Below, one piece after another: positions 38,002 to 47,398 of a stretch of DNA of 64,000 nt (position 1 is the first letter of the stretch; each line of letters begins with the position of its first letter). Made by a program: the position numbers and the translations under genes. The notes beneath the pieces are model-generated. The model did no database searches. It saw only the letters and a list, made by a program, of their open reading frames with translations, and had not been told where the DNA came from. The DNA is from Elusimicrobiota bacterium. GTDB taxonomy: Bacteria; Elusimicrobiota; Elusimicrobia; Elusimicrobiales; UBA9959. The stretch lies in contig JAAYVG010000023.1 of assembly GCA_012517285.1 (NCBI GenBank), positions 16,925 to 80,924 on the forward strand, given 5' to 3'.

Positions 38002-39210
38002 ATGAATGATGCATTCTATATAGCTGTTGGAACTGAGCTCTTAAATTTCAGGGTTAATCTTTACTCACCAGTATTTTCACAGAAATTAATGAGGCTTGGA
38101 TTTAATTTAAAAGGTGAGATCACTGCATGTGATGAATTGAAAAGTATAATTGATGCTCTAAATTTTGCATCAAAGAGAGCTGATCTTATAATCATATCTG
38201 GTGGGCTTGGACCAACCTTTGATGATCTGACAAGAGAGGCTGTGAGTAAATTTCTTAACATCAATATTATATATTCAAAAGAAGTTGAGCATTTTTTGCT
38301 GGATAAGAACTGTGATATATCAAAACCAAATATAAAAAATCAGTGTTATGTTCTTGAATCTGCGAGATTAATAAAAAATGATAATGGAACAGCCTTTGGC
38401 GAGGTTATATCAACTGGTAAAAAATGTTTTGTTATACTACCTGGTCCAAGAAATGAGTGGGAAAGCATGTGGCCTGATGTAAAAAATATTGTTTTAAAAG
38501 AGTTTCAACTCCCTGAGATTTATAACAGGGTTATAAGATTTGCTGATATAAGCGAGGTCAGTCTTGAAAACATACTCAGACCGATAATGCAAAAGAGCAA
38601 TGAGTTAAGATATACTGTGCTTGCAGGGCCGAACTCCTGCGATTTCTCCATAACACATAACAATAAAAGACTTGTGGATAGTGTCGTTGATGAAATAAAA
38701 GGATTAACGAATGAATATATATATGGTTATGATGATGATACTATTGAGGGAGTGGTCGGTAAAATGCTTTCTGAAAAGGGGAGAAATCTTTCAATAGCAG
38801 AGTCATGCACAGGTGGACTTGTCTCATCTATGATAACGGATGTTTCGGGCAGCTCCAGATATTATATTGGTGGAATAAACGCATATTCAAATGAAATAAA
38901 GGAAAGAATTTTGAATGTAAAGAAAGAAACATTAGAAAAATATGGCGCAGTTTCAGAACAGACTGCAAAAGAAATGAGTGAAAATGTAAGAACTATCTTT
39001 AAAACAGATTATTCTGTTTCTATTACTGGCATAGCCGGTCCTGATGGTGGAAGTATTGAAAAACCTGTAGGGCTTGTGTTTTTTGGGATGTCAGATAAGG
39101 ACAAAACCATTGTTGAAAAAAGGACTTTTATTAAAAAGGACAGGCTATCAATAAAAAAAGCAGCATCTAATACTGCTTTGTATTTCCTGTATAAAATGAT
39201 AAAATCTTAA
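38002..39210 (+). CDS. cinA: CinA-family protein (MoCF-biosynthesis-like domain + nicotinamide-nucleotide amidase PncC domain)
   Basis: N-terminal GTELL...D.N and SGGLGPT.DD. C-terminal ESCTGG..S and TGIAGP.GG motifs. Confidence 0.88.
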   Translation: MNDAFYIAVGTELLNFRVNLYSPVFSQKLMRLGFNLKGEITACDELKSIIDALNFASKRADLIIISGGLGPTFDDLTREAVSKFLNINIIYSKEVEHFLLDKNCDISKPNIKNQCYVLESARLIKNDNGTAFGEVISTGKKCFVILPGPRNEWESMWPDVKNIVLKEFQLPEIYNRVIRFADISEVSLENILRPIMQKSNELRYTVLAGPNSCDFSITHNNKRLVDSVVDEIKGLTNEYIYGYDDDTIEGVVGKMLSEKGRNLSIAESCTGGLVSSMITDVSGSSRYYIGGINAYSNEIKERILNVKKETLEKYGAVSEQTAKEMSENVRTIFKTDYSVSITGIAGPDGGSIEKPVGLVFFGMSDKDKTIVEKRTFIKKDRLSIKKAASNTALYFLYKMIKS

Positions 39211-39282
39211 TAGTAGTCACAGATAAAAAATTATTTTTATTCTGACTTCTGATGTTTGTTTTTATTTTAATGGAGGGTATGT

Positions 39283-39819
39283 ATGAAAAAAATTTTTGCT
39301 ATTTTAATTCTTGGAACTCTTATCGTTTCTTGCAATAAAAATGATTCAGATAAATCTGCCTATAAAACAAATATAGCTCAGAATGAAACTGCATCTGATT
39401 ATAAAAAAACTGATTTCTATTTCAGCCTTCCAGGAAAGGATGGAAAGGATATAAGGCTTGATGATTATAAGAATAAGCCTGTTATGGTCATCTTTTTTGC
39501 AGAAAACTGCCCATATTGCCTTAAAGCTGGGCCATACATACAATCAATATATAAAAAATATAATCCAGAAGGGCTTTCAGTTATAGGAATTTCAATAAGA
39601 GATAGCAGGGAAAGTGCTGTTGAGTTTCAGAAAAGAACGGGTGTTATGTTTCCTTTGGCATACAGTGGCAAGGAAATAGCTAAAAATTACGGTATCTCAG
39701 GAGTCCCATTTATCTATGTGCTTGATAAAAATCACAATATGATCAAGATGTGGGCAGGATATGATGAGCAATATGATTCTGATATAGATAATACGATTAA
39801 GAAGGTTATCAAAATTTAA
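39283..39819 (+). CDS. TlpA/ResA-like thiol-disulfide oxidoreductase lipoprotein
   Basis: Lipobox LIVSC, thioredoxin-fold CPYC active site, and GVP cis-Pro loop. Confidence 0.8.
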   Translation: MKKIFAILILGTLIVSCNKNDSDKSAYKTNIAQNETASDYKKTDFYFSLPGKDGKDIRLDDYKNKPVMVIFFAENCPYCLKAGPYIQSIYKKYNPEGLSVIGISIRDSRESAVEFQKRTGVMFPLAYSGKEIAKNYGISGVPFIYVLDKNHNMIKMWAGYDEQYDSDIDNTIKKVIKI

Positions 39820-39822
39820 CAT

Positions 39823-40932
39823 ATGCCATTGATTATCCAAAAAGGTTCAGTATTTGTATTCAATGTGTTTGATATCGGATGGGAAATAAACCTTTCTCGG
39901 GCGGAATCCCTACTCATTGAAAAACAGAAATCAAGCCTGAGGTTTAAGTTTTCAAAGGATCCAAGAAAAGCGATAATAATAAAAGAAGCACCACTCGGAA
40001 TAGATATAACCAGTGAATTAATAAACATATTAAACAAAAAATACAGATATACAGCTTTTGCAAAAATATGGGATTATGGAACTTTGAGCGTAACAATTCA
40101 ACTTTGTCTTGATGAAAACACTTCATGGGATGAACTAATAAAAATAGCTGATTATCTGGAAAAGACCTCTGATATAGAACTGATTGCAAGGGGGATAAAG
40201 GATGAGATAAAAAATATAATACTTCCGGCGATAAGGCTTCCAATGGAGTGGGATAAATTTGAGGATTACATAATATATTTTTTTGAAAATATTGATGGTA
40301 TTAGCAATCCAAAGGAAATATTTGATAGAGCTGATATACCATCACTTATACTCGGTGAGTTTTCAAACAAGCTTTCAACCATAGCATCAATTCCTGTAAC
40401 AGAAAATTATATACAGTATTACGATAATGATATTGCGATAATAGACTGGGACGCAGCCATAATAATTGAGCCAGATGGTTCAAGGGATATATGTGATGCT
40501 ATAGAGTTTTCTCTGACACATCTCTTAGAGTTAAGATACTATGATTACCTCATAGACAACAAGCTTGATATCCTCTATGATTCAGTTAAAGCACAGAGAA
40601 AGGGATTGAATCTAAAAAGACTTATAAATTTGAAGTATGATAACATTGCTGAGGATGCTGTAAAAAATTATATAGAGTTTTCAGACCTGATAGGAAAGAT
40701 TGAAAACTCTTTTAAAACAGTAGGGGATCCTTATATAGCCACAGTCTTTAGAACATGTGCGGAGCAGTTCAGGTTTGGTGACTGGAATAACTCCATCTCA
40801 AGAAAGATGAAAACTCTTTTTGAGATAACTCAGATAATACAGGCAGAACTAAACGCCATGAGAAGCCATATGCTTGAGATAATAGTTATTATTCTGATAG
40901 CAATTGAGATCGTCCCATTGCTTTTACATTAA
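39823..40932 (+). CDS. Hypothetical protein with a single C-terminal TM anchor (possibly DUF155/RMD1-like)
   Basis: 369 aa, soluble body plus terminal LEIIVIILIAIEIVPLLL helix. The family call is tentative. Confidence 0.45.
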   Translation: MPLIIQKGSVFVFNVFDIGWEINLSRAESLLIEKQKSSLRFKFSKDPRKAIIIKEAPLGIDITSELINILNKKYRYTAFAKIWDYGTLSVTIQLCLDENTSWDELIKIADYLEKTSDIELIARGIKDEIKNIILPAIRLPMEWDKFEDYIIYFFENIDGISNPKEIFDRADIPSLILGEFSNKLSTIASIPVTENYIQYYDNDIAIIDWDAAIIIEPDGSRDICDAIEFSLTHLLELRYYDYLIDNKLDILYDSVKAQRKGLNLKRLINLKYDNIAEDAVKNYIEFSDLIGKIENSFKTVGDPYIATVFRTCAEQFRFGDWNNSISRKMKTLFEITQIIQAELNAMRSHMLEIIVIILIAIEIVPLLLH

Positions 40933-42107
40933 AAAAACTCTTCTATCTTTTTCTTTAAATCAGGTATATATTTCTTATCAAGCCTTATATTAGAAGTTCT
41001 TTTCATTTTGAGATAATTTATAAATTGATTTCCCTGCCTTATTCTAAAATCTAAATGAGGGCCTGTCGCAATACCAGTTGCTCCAACATAACCAATAAGA
41101 TCACCTTGTTTAACCTTCTTTCCAACATAAATATTTTTAGCGTATTTTGAGAGATGACCGTAGGTCGTGTAATATCCTAATGGATGTTTTATCTCTATAA
41201 AATTTCCATAACCACCCTTTTTGCCCTTGTATGTTATAACTCCGTCGGCAACAGAGGAGACAGGTGTTCCTGTTTGTGCAGCATAATCTATGCCGAGGTG
41301 AGGCCTTACATATCTCAGAACAGGATGAGCCCTTTTATATGTAAAATATGATGATATCCTTCTGTATTGAAGTGGTGCTTTTAAAAACATAGATCTTGCT
41401 CCCTCTCCATTTTCATTGTAATAATTTCCATTAAAATATACCATTATATTCTTGCCTGTTTCTTCTCCATTATACATCGCGGCAAGTATTTTTCTATCTA
41501 TCACCTTTCCTTTCTGATTTTTCCTTGTATAATAGACAACCTTAAATGAATCACCATTCCTCACCTCTGTAAGAAAATCTATTTCCCACGCAAATATATC
41601 CGTAAACCCCAATATTATATCAGCAGGTACATTTTTGGCAGCCATAGAAGACCATAAATTATCGCTTATTTCGCCATCAACGCTTGAAGTGGAATAGTTT
41701 ATTAAGTTTTCATTTTTTTGATACAAAAATATACCTGATGTTGATTTTTCAACTGAGTATGAAAAATCACCCTTATCAATAAGCATTGATAAAAATTTTG
41801 ATGTTGATGATAGTGTTATTATGTAATCATCGTTCTCTCTGAGTTTCTTGAAATCAAGACCTACTTTTGAATATGATGATATTATTTTTTTTATATCATC
41901 ATCATATATCTTTTTGGTCCTTAATTCGTTTTCAAGGGTTGATTTAAAATTTCCTGTTATGTATATAAGTTTTTTGTCTTCAATTTTTACAAATTCTTTT
42001 ACAGATTTAATCTTTAACAAAAATGATAAACCAATTAATGTAATAATAAAAATAACAAAAAACAAAATCAATTTTTTTTTGGATGATTTCTGCAGATACA
42101 AGGACAC
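40929..42107 (-). CDS. M23-family (LytM-type) peptidoglycan metalloendopeptidase
   Basis: N-terminal TM helix. HLGIDYAA..GTPV.S..DG and GATG.ATGPHLDFR motifs. Confidence 0.88.
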   Translation of the reverse strand: MSLYLQKSSKKKLILFFVIFIITLIGLSFLLKIKSVKEFVKIEDKKLIYITGNFKSTLENELRTKKIYDDDIKKIISSYSKVGLDFKKLRENDDYIITLSSTSKFLSMLIDKGDFSYSVEKSTSGIFLYQKNENLINYSTSSVDGEISDNLWSSMAAKNVPADIILGFTDIFAWEIDFLTEVRNGDSFKVVYYTRKNQKGKVIDRKILAAMYNGEETGKNIMVYFNGNYYNENGEGARSMFLKAPLQYRRISSYFTYKRAHPVLRYVRPHLGIDYAAQTGTPVSSVADGVITYKGKKGGYGNFIEIKHPLGYYTTYGHLSKYAKNIYVGKKVKQGDLIGYVGATGIATGPHLDFRIRQGNQFINYLKMKRTSNIRLDKKYIPDLKKKIEEFF

Positions 42108-42110
42108 TCC

Positions 42111-43580
42111 CTAACAGTATAAATATTCTTCTACAAGTTTCTTTATCTCTTCCTCTTTACCAAAAAGTCTTTCACTTAGGTTTTCATCATTGTATGATTT
42201 AAGCTTTTTCACTGTTGAGTCTATAACAGGTTTTGGAAATATATCATTTTTTTCAAAAACTGAACTATTCCTCTCTAACTCTATAGCCGACTCATAGCAG
42301 GATGAAGGAAGTGATTCAAACCTTTCCCTCATCTCCTTATTTTCAATCTTAAATATGTTTTTGTCTATGAAATGAGCATCAAGATAAGTTTTAAAATCTT
42401 TCATAGAAAACCCGTTGATTGCTCCGCATACAATTGAAGCAATATAGAGTGGCAAATTTGCTGAACCATCACCTGATCTTATTTCAACGGTTTGAGCCCC
42501 TTTATATTTTTTACTGGTTCCAATCCCATTTATAACCTTTGACATATCCTTATCAATATTCCAACCAAGAGGTACCCTTATAAGGGCACTTCTGTTGCTG
42601 TATCCCCATGAAACTCTTACAGGTGCTTCTTGATTGGGAACAAGCCTCAAATATGATGTGGGAAGTCTGTTGCCGAAGGCTGTTGCCGGTTTTGCAATTG
42701 TTAAAAGTCCCGCTATAAGTTTTTTTGCCTCATCGGATATAGTGTTGTTTTTTAACATTACGTTCTTGCCATTTTTAAGGATTGAGCTGTGGATATGAAG
42801 CCCTGATCCAGCATGACCTGATGCAATCTTTGGTGCAAAGCTAACAACCACTCCATATTTGTATCCTAGAGAGTGAAGTATCCATTTAGCAATGATAAGC
42901 TGGTAAGCACTATCAAGCGGTTCCTGTGGAAGAAACTCAATCTCATTTTGGATCATCTCCTTGTCCTCTGTTCTTATAAAACCAACCTCTGTATGTGCAT
43001 ATTTTACTGCAGCACCAGTTCTTGAAATAAGATCCATAGCCTCGACTCTTAGGTTTTCCCATTTATTGAAAGGAAAGCTTTCATGATAACCCTTTTGTGC
43101 ATTTACAGGATAGAGATCATTCTTATTTGATATAACATAGTATTCAAGCTCTCCAAATGTATTGATATCATATTTTGTTATCTCTTTAAATTTATTATGA
43201 GCATTTCTTAATATGTTATCTGATGCCATACTAAAAAGATTTCCATTTTTATCAAAAAAGTTGCAAATTATGTCCACTGATGGCAGGGGGGAAAATGGAT
43301 TTTCAAAAGCTGTTCTAAAAAGTGGAACGACGTACAAATCGCTTGATGAAGTTTCTATATCTTTAAAAAGGCTTGAGCCATCCACCCTTTCACCACAGGA
43401 TAGAATCTTATCTAAATATTTTTTATCACCAGCTGGAAAATTAAGAGTTTTAAGTTTTCCATCACCAGCTATATATCTAAAATTAACAGTTTTTATATCC
43501 TTGCTATTTATAAACTTTATTAAATCTTGCTTTGTAAAATCTTTCTGGTTTTTGTTAAGGAATGTTGATATTGTGTTCAT
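42111..43580 (-). CDS. Glutamine synthetase family protein (GlnA-like; substrate not determinable)
   Basis: N-terminal beta-grasp (VNFRYIAGDGKLKTLNFP) and catalytic-domain HAGSGLHIHSS. 489 aa. Confidence 0.7.
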   Translation of the reverse strand: MNTISTFLNKNQKDFTKQDLIKFINSKDIKTVNFRYIAGDGKLKTLNFPAGDKKYLDKILSCGERVDGSSLFKDIETSSSDLYVVPLFRTAFENPFSPLPSVDIICNFFDKNGNLFSMASDNILRNAHNKFKEITKYDINTFGELEYYVISNKNDLYPVNAQKGYHESFPFNKWENLRVEAMDLISRTGAAVKYAHTEVGFIRTEDKEMIQNEIEFLPQEPLDSAYQLIIAKWILHSLGYKYGVVVSFAPKIASGHAGSGLHIHSSILKNGKNVMLKNNTISDEAKKLIAGLLTIAKPATAFGNRLPTSYLRLVPNQEAPVRVSWGYSNRSALIRVPLGWNIDKDMSKVINGIGTSKKYKGAQTVEIRSGDGSANLPLYIASIVCGAINGFSMKDFKTYLDAHFIDKNIFKIENKEMRERFESLPSSCYESAIELERNSSVFEKNDIFPKPVIDSTVKKLKSYNDENLSERLFGKEEEIKKLVEEYLYC

Positions 43581-43697
43581 ATGAACCTCCTCAGGTTTTT
43601 ATTTTTCTAAATATAATATACAAAATTATTGGGATAAAAGAATATCCATCTATCTTATTTTTTAAAAAATATTTTTAGAATGGATGATTGAACAGCA

Positions 43698-44153
43698 TTA
43701 TTCTGTTACATTTACGGTAACAGAAATATTGCCTGAACCACTTACGTTCAGATATGTTCCATTTAGCCACCCACCAACAGTAATTCCCTGATTGATATAA
43801 CCACTGCCAACAGATTTACCATTCTTATCATATACTGTTACATAAACATTAGGATAAGCGATTGAAGATACATAGCTATTACCGTTGATCCAAAATGAAA
43901 CATTTGTGTTAATATAAGTATTATTAGTATGATAATTACCTGATGAATCTCTCAGAGAAACCCAGCCTGTAACATATGTTGTTACATTGATGCTGTTTGG
44001 TGGAACATGGGCCGTACCACTTAAGTTTAAGTAACCACTAAGTGTTACTGTTTTTTTTGTAGTATTAAGCTCTGAAGCATAAAGGCTGTCTGCTATACTC
44101 CCGACAAACAACATTGACAAGATTGACAAATATACGATTGTTTTCTTTTTCAT
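43698..44153 (-). CDS. Small secreted Asn/Thr/Tyr/Val-rich beta protein, unknown function
   Basis: Signal peptide. The ATG at 44153 sits 9 nt after SD AGGAGGA. Confidence 0.55.
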   Translation of the reverse strand: MKKKTIVYLSILSMLFVGSIADSLYASELNTTKKTVTLSGYLNLSGTAHVPPNSINVTTYVTGWVSLRDSSGNYHTNNTYINTNVSFWINGNSYVSSIAYPNVYVTVYDKNGKSVGSGYINQGITVGGWLNGTYLNVSGSGNISVTVNVTE

Positions 44154-44306
44154 AACCACATCTCCTCCTAATAAAATAATACATAATTTTATATCGTTTT
44201 ATCAAATTTGTTTTGAAAGTGATTGCTTTTTTGTTATAATAAAAGAATATGATTGGTATTTGTTATAAACGAGTATTGATTTAAATTATAAAAATGAGGT
44301 AAAAAT

Positions 44307-44576
44307 ATGTCAACACAAAAAATAGAAAAGTCAAAAATATTGGAGAAATATGGCAAAAACTCTAATGATACTGGGTCTGCTCAGGTACAGATAGCTATAA
44401 TAACGGAGAGAATAAACTATCTTTCAAAACATCTTGCAGAAAACCCGAAGGATTTCGGTTCAAGAAGGACTCTCACTGTTTTGATATCAAGAAGAAAAGG
44501 GCTCCTTTCATATCTTGAAAAAAATTCAAATGCAGAATATAAAAAAATAATAGAACAATTAGGATTGAGGAAATAA
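44307..44576 (+). CDS. rpsO: 30S ribosomal protein S15
   Basis: GSAQVQIA..TERI..L..HL..N.KD..SRR.L signature. pnp lies directly downstream. Confidence 0.95.
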   Translation: MSTQKIEKSKILEKYGKNSNDTGSAQVQIAIITERINYLSKHLAENPKDFGSRRTLTVLISRRKGLLSYLEKNSNAEYKKIIEQLGLRK

Positions 44577-44578
44577 AT

Positions 44579-46678
44579 ATGGATGATAAAATTATAAGAA
44601 TTGAAGGAAAAATTGGAGACGATACTGTAACTTTTGAGTCAGGTCTTTTAGCAAAGCAGGCAAATGGTGCTGTTACAATTCGTCTGGGTGACAATATGGT
44701 GCTCAGTACCTGTACCGCTGCAAAAAAACCAAGAACTGATCCTCCTGAGTTCGTTCCTCTTACGGTTGAATACAAGGAAAGGACATATGCAGCAGGCAAG
44801 ATCCCTGGTGGTTTTTTTAAGAGAGAGGGAAAGCCAAGGGAGAAGGAAATTTTATCAGGAAGACTTACAGACAGATCAATAAGGCCGCTTTTTCCTCAGT
44901 ATTACAACAATGAGACACAGGTTATCTCCATGGTGCTATCAAGCGATGGTGAAAAAGATGCAAGTGTTCTATCTATAAACTCCGCTTCACTTGCTCTTAT
45001 GATATCTGATATACCATTTAACGGTCCTGTTGGAGCAGTGAGGATAGCAAAGCTTAATGATAAATTTATCATAAATCCAACATTTGATGAGAGAAAGGAT
45101 GCAAAGTTAGAGCTTGTTGTCGCTGGTACAAAGGACAACATCCTTATGGTTGAGGGTGGTGGGGAACAGATTCCTCATACTGATATCCTTGAAGCTATGA
45201 AAGTGGCAAGGGAAGAGGTAAGGAAACTCTGTGAGATGCAGAATGAGTTTGTAAAACAAACATCAAAGCCAAAATTTGGGATTCAGCCTCCTCTTATAAA
45301 GGAGGAAATAAAGGCTGAAATAAATAATATTGAAAAAGAGCTTAGGGCTTTTTTGGAAAACTATCCTTCGAAAAAAATGATAGACGACAGAGTCTCGGAG
45401 TTTAAAGAAACACTTACAAAAAAGTTTGAAGAGATGTTCCCTGATGATGATACTGTGTCATATCAGGTAAAAATTCTTATAGATGAGCTTGTGTTCAAGG
45501 TTTCAAGAGATATAGTTCTTACAAGGAAGATAAGGATAGATGGAAGAAAGTGTGATGAGATAAGAAAGATTTCTATAAAAACAGGATATCTTCCAAGGAC
45601 TCATGGCTCATCGCTCTTTACAAGAGGAGAGACACAGAGCCTTGCCACAACAACGCTTGGAACACAGGATGACCAACAAATACTTGATGATCTTGAGGGA
45701 AAGAGCCTTGACAGATTTATGCTTCACTACAATTTTCCTGGTTTTGCAACAGGAGAGGCCAAACCTGATAGAGGTCCTTCAAGAAGAGAGATAGGACATG
45801 GCAATTTAGCGAAAAGGGCACTTCTTCCTCTTCTTCCATCAGAGAATGATTTTCCTTATACAATAAGGGTTGTATCGGATATACTTGAATCCAATGGCTC
45901 CTCTTCTATGGCAACAGTCTGTGGGGGTTCACTGTCTCTTTTTGATGCAGGAGTTCCACTTAAAGCAGCATGTTCAGGTGTTGCTATGGGACTCATAACA
46001 GACAATGAAAGATATGCAGTTCTATCTGATATAGCCGGTCTTGAGGATCATTTTGGAGATATGGATTTCAAGCTTGCTGGGACAAGGAATGGGATAACAG
46101 CGTTTCAGATGGATGTTAAACTTGAATCAGGCATTCCATTAAACATTCTTCAGGAGGCTATGGAACAGGCTATAAGGGGAATAAATCATATACTTGATCT
46201 TATGGAAAAAGAAATTTCTGCTCCAAGAAAAAATGTTTCAGAGTTTGCCCCGAAGATGACGAGAGTCCCTGTTCCGAAAGAAAAACTAGGAATGATTATA
46301 GGAAGTGGGGGAAAAACAATAAAAGGAATAATAGAGCAGACAGGAGCTAATATAGAGATTGATGATGAAGGATATGTGTTTATATCAAGCACCGAACAGA
46401 AATCTATTGATGAGGCAAAGAGAATAGTTGAATCAATAGTGGAAGAGATAGAGCCTGGTAAAACATATAAGGGAAAAGTTGTTGAGATAAGAGATTTTGG
46501 AGCATTTGTTGAGGTTTTGCCAGGAAAGGTTGGACTTCTCCATATATCAGAGATAGACAATAAAAGGATAAAAAGGGTTGACGATGTCTTGAAGGTTGGA
46601 GATACAGTTGAGGTAAAGGTCTTAGAGGTTGATGAAAATGGAAAGTCAAGACTTTCAAGAAAAGCACTTTTAAAATAA
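44579..46678 (+). CDS. pnp: Polyribonucleotide nucleotidyltransferase (PNPase)
   Basis: Two RNase PH domains, a KH domain (GSGGKTIK) and an S1 domain (GKV..I..FGAFVE). Confidence 0.95.
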   Translation: MDDKIIRIEGKIGDDTVTFESGLLAKQANGAVTIRLGDNMVLSTCTAAKKPRTDPPEFVPLTVEYKERTYAAGKIPGGFFKREGKPREKEILSGRLTDRSIRPLFPQYYNNETQVISMVLSSDGEKDASVLSINSASLALMISDIPFNGPVGAVRIAKLNDKFIINPTFDERKDAKLELVVAGTKDNILMVEGGGEQIPHTDILEAMKVAREEVRKLCEMQNEFVKQTSKPKFGIQPPLIKEEIKAEINNIEKELRAFLENYPSKKMIDDRVSEFKETLTKKFEEMFPDDDTVSYQVKILIDELVFKVSRDIVLTRKIRIDGRKCDEIRKISIKTGYLPRTHGSSLFTRGETQSLATTTLGTQDDQQILDDLEGKSLDRFMLHYNFPGFATGEAKPDRGPSRREIGHGNLAKRALLPLLPSENDFPYTIRVVSDILESNGSSSMATVCGGSLSLFDAGVPLKAACSGVAMGLITDNERYAVLSDIAGLEDHFGDMDFKLAGTRNGITAFQMDVKLESGIPLNILQEAMEQAIRGINHILDLMEKEISAPRKNVSEFAPKMTRVPVPKEKLGMIIGSGGKTIKGIIEQTGANIEIDDEGYVFISSTEQKSIDEAKRIVESIVEEIEPGKTYKGKVVEIRDFGAFVEVLPGKVGLLHISEIDNKRIKRVDDVLKVGDTVEVKVLEVDENGKSRLSRKALLK

Positions 46679-46699
46679 GATTCCTGAGCGGAGGTTTAA

Positions 46700-47164
46700 A
46701 TGGAAAAGGCAAAAAAGGAAGAGAAAAACTATCTTGATGAGATAAAGCAGGCTTATGATTTTATGACAAAAAACAATCTGGATGTTGTGGAGTTTTCTGA
46801 TGGTGATGGATATATAAAATTAGTGAAGAAATCAGCATCCACACAAAACATTCAGGTTATAGCATCGGCACAGCCTGTTTCGGGCACTCTGGTTCAGTCA
46901 AAACCTTCCGTTCAGGAGATAACCGGGCTGACAATAAAAGCACCGATGTCAGGGATATTTTACAGATCATCAACTCCATCAAGCCCACCATATATAAGAG
47001 AGGGGGATTCTGTTGAGGCAAACAGCGTTATCTGTCTTATAGAAGCGATGAAGGTTTTCAATGAAATAAAATCAGAGTTTAAATGTAAGATTATTAAGTG
47101 TGTCGCCGAAAATGGAAAGTTTGTCAATGAAGGAGATGATCTTTTTATAATTGAGAAGTTATGA
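46700..47164 (+). CDS. accB: Biotin carboxyl carrier protein-like (biotinyl domain)
   Basis: C-terminal IEAMKVFNEI biotinylation motif. No accC is adjacent. Confidence 0.75.
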   Translation: MEKAKKEEKNYLDEIKQAYDFMTKNNLDVVEFSDGDGYIKLVKKSASTQNIQVIASAQPVSGTLVQSKPSVQEITGLTIKAPMSGIFYRSSTPSSPPYIREGDSVEANSVICLIEAMKVFNEIKSEFKCKIIKCVAENGKFVNEGDDLFIIEKL

Positions 47165-47397
47165 GCGACAGAGATGCTACCCAGATAGTGGCTGATAATT
47201 CTATAAAAATATTAGAACTTTTGAAATCAAAAAAGTCTCTTTCATCATGGGATATCAAGTTAACACTCAAAGTATCAAGCTCTGAATTGTATCTTTCACT
47301 TGGATATCTTCTCGCTGAAAAAAAAATAAACATTTCATTAACCGATTTTGTGTACAGAATAGAGCTCAATTCACCCCCGGAATTAGAGCAAAAATAA
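47161..47397 (+). CDS. Small winged-helix protein (DUF2582-like)
   Basis: 78 aa. The pattern ..ILELL.....S..DI......S..ELYLSLGYLLAEKKI resembles DUF2582. ATGA overlap with accB-like. Confidence 0.45.
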   Translation: MSDRDATQIVADNSIKILELLKSKKSLSSWDIKLTLKVSSSELYLSLGYLLAEKKINISLTDFVYRIELNSPPELEQK

Positions 47398-47398
47398 A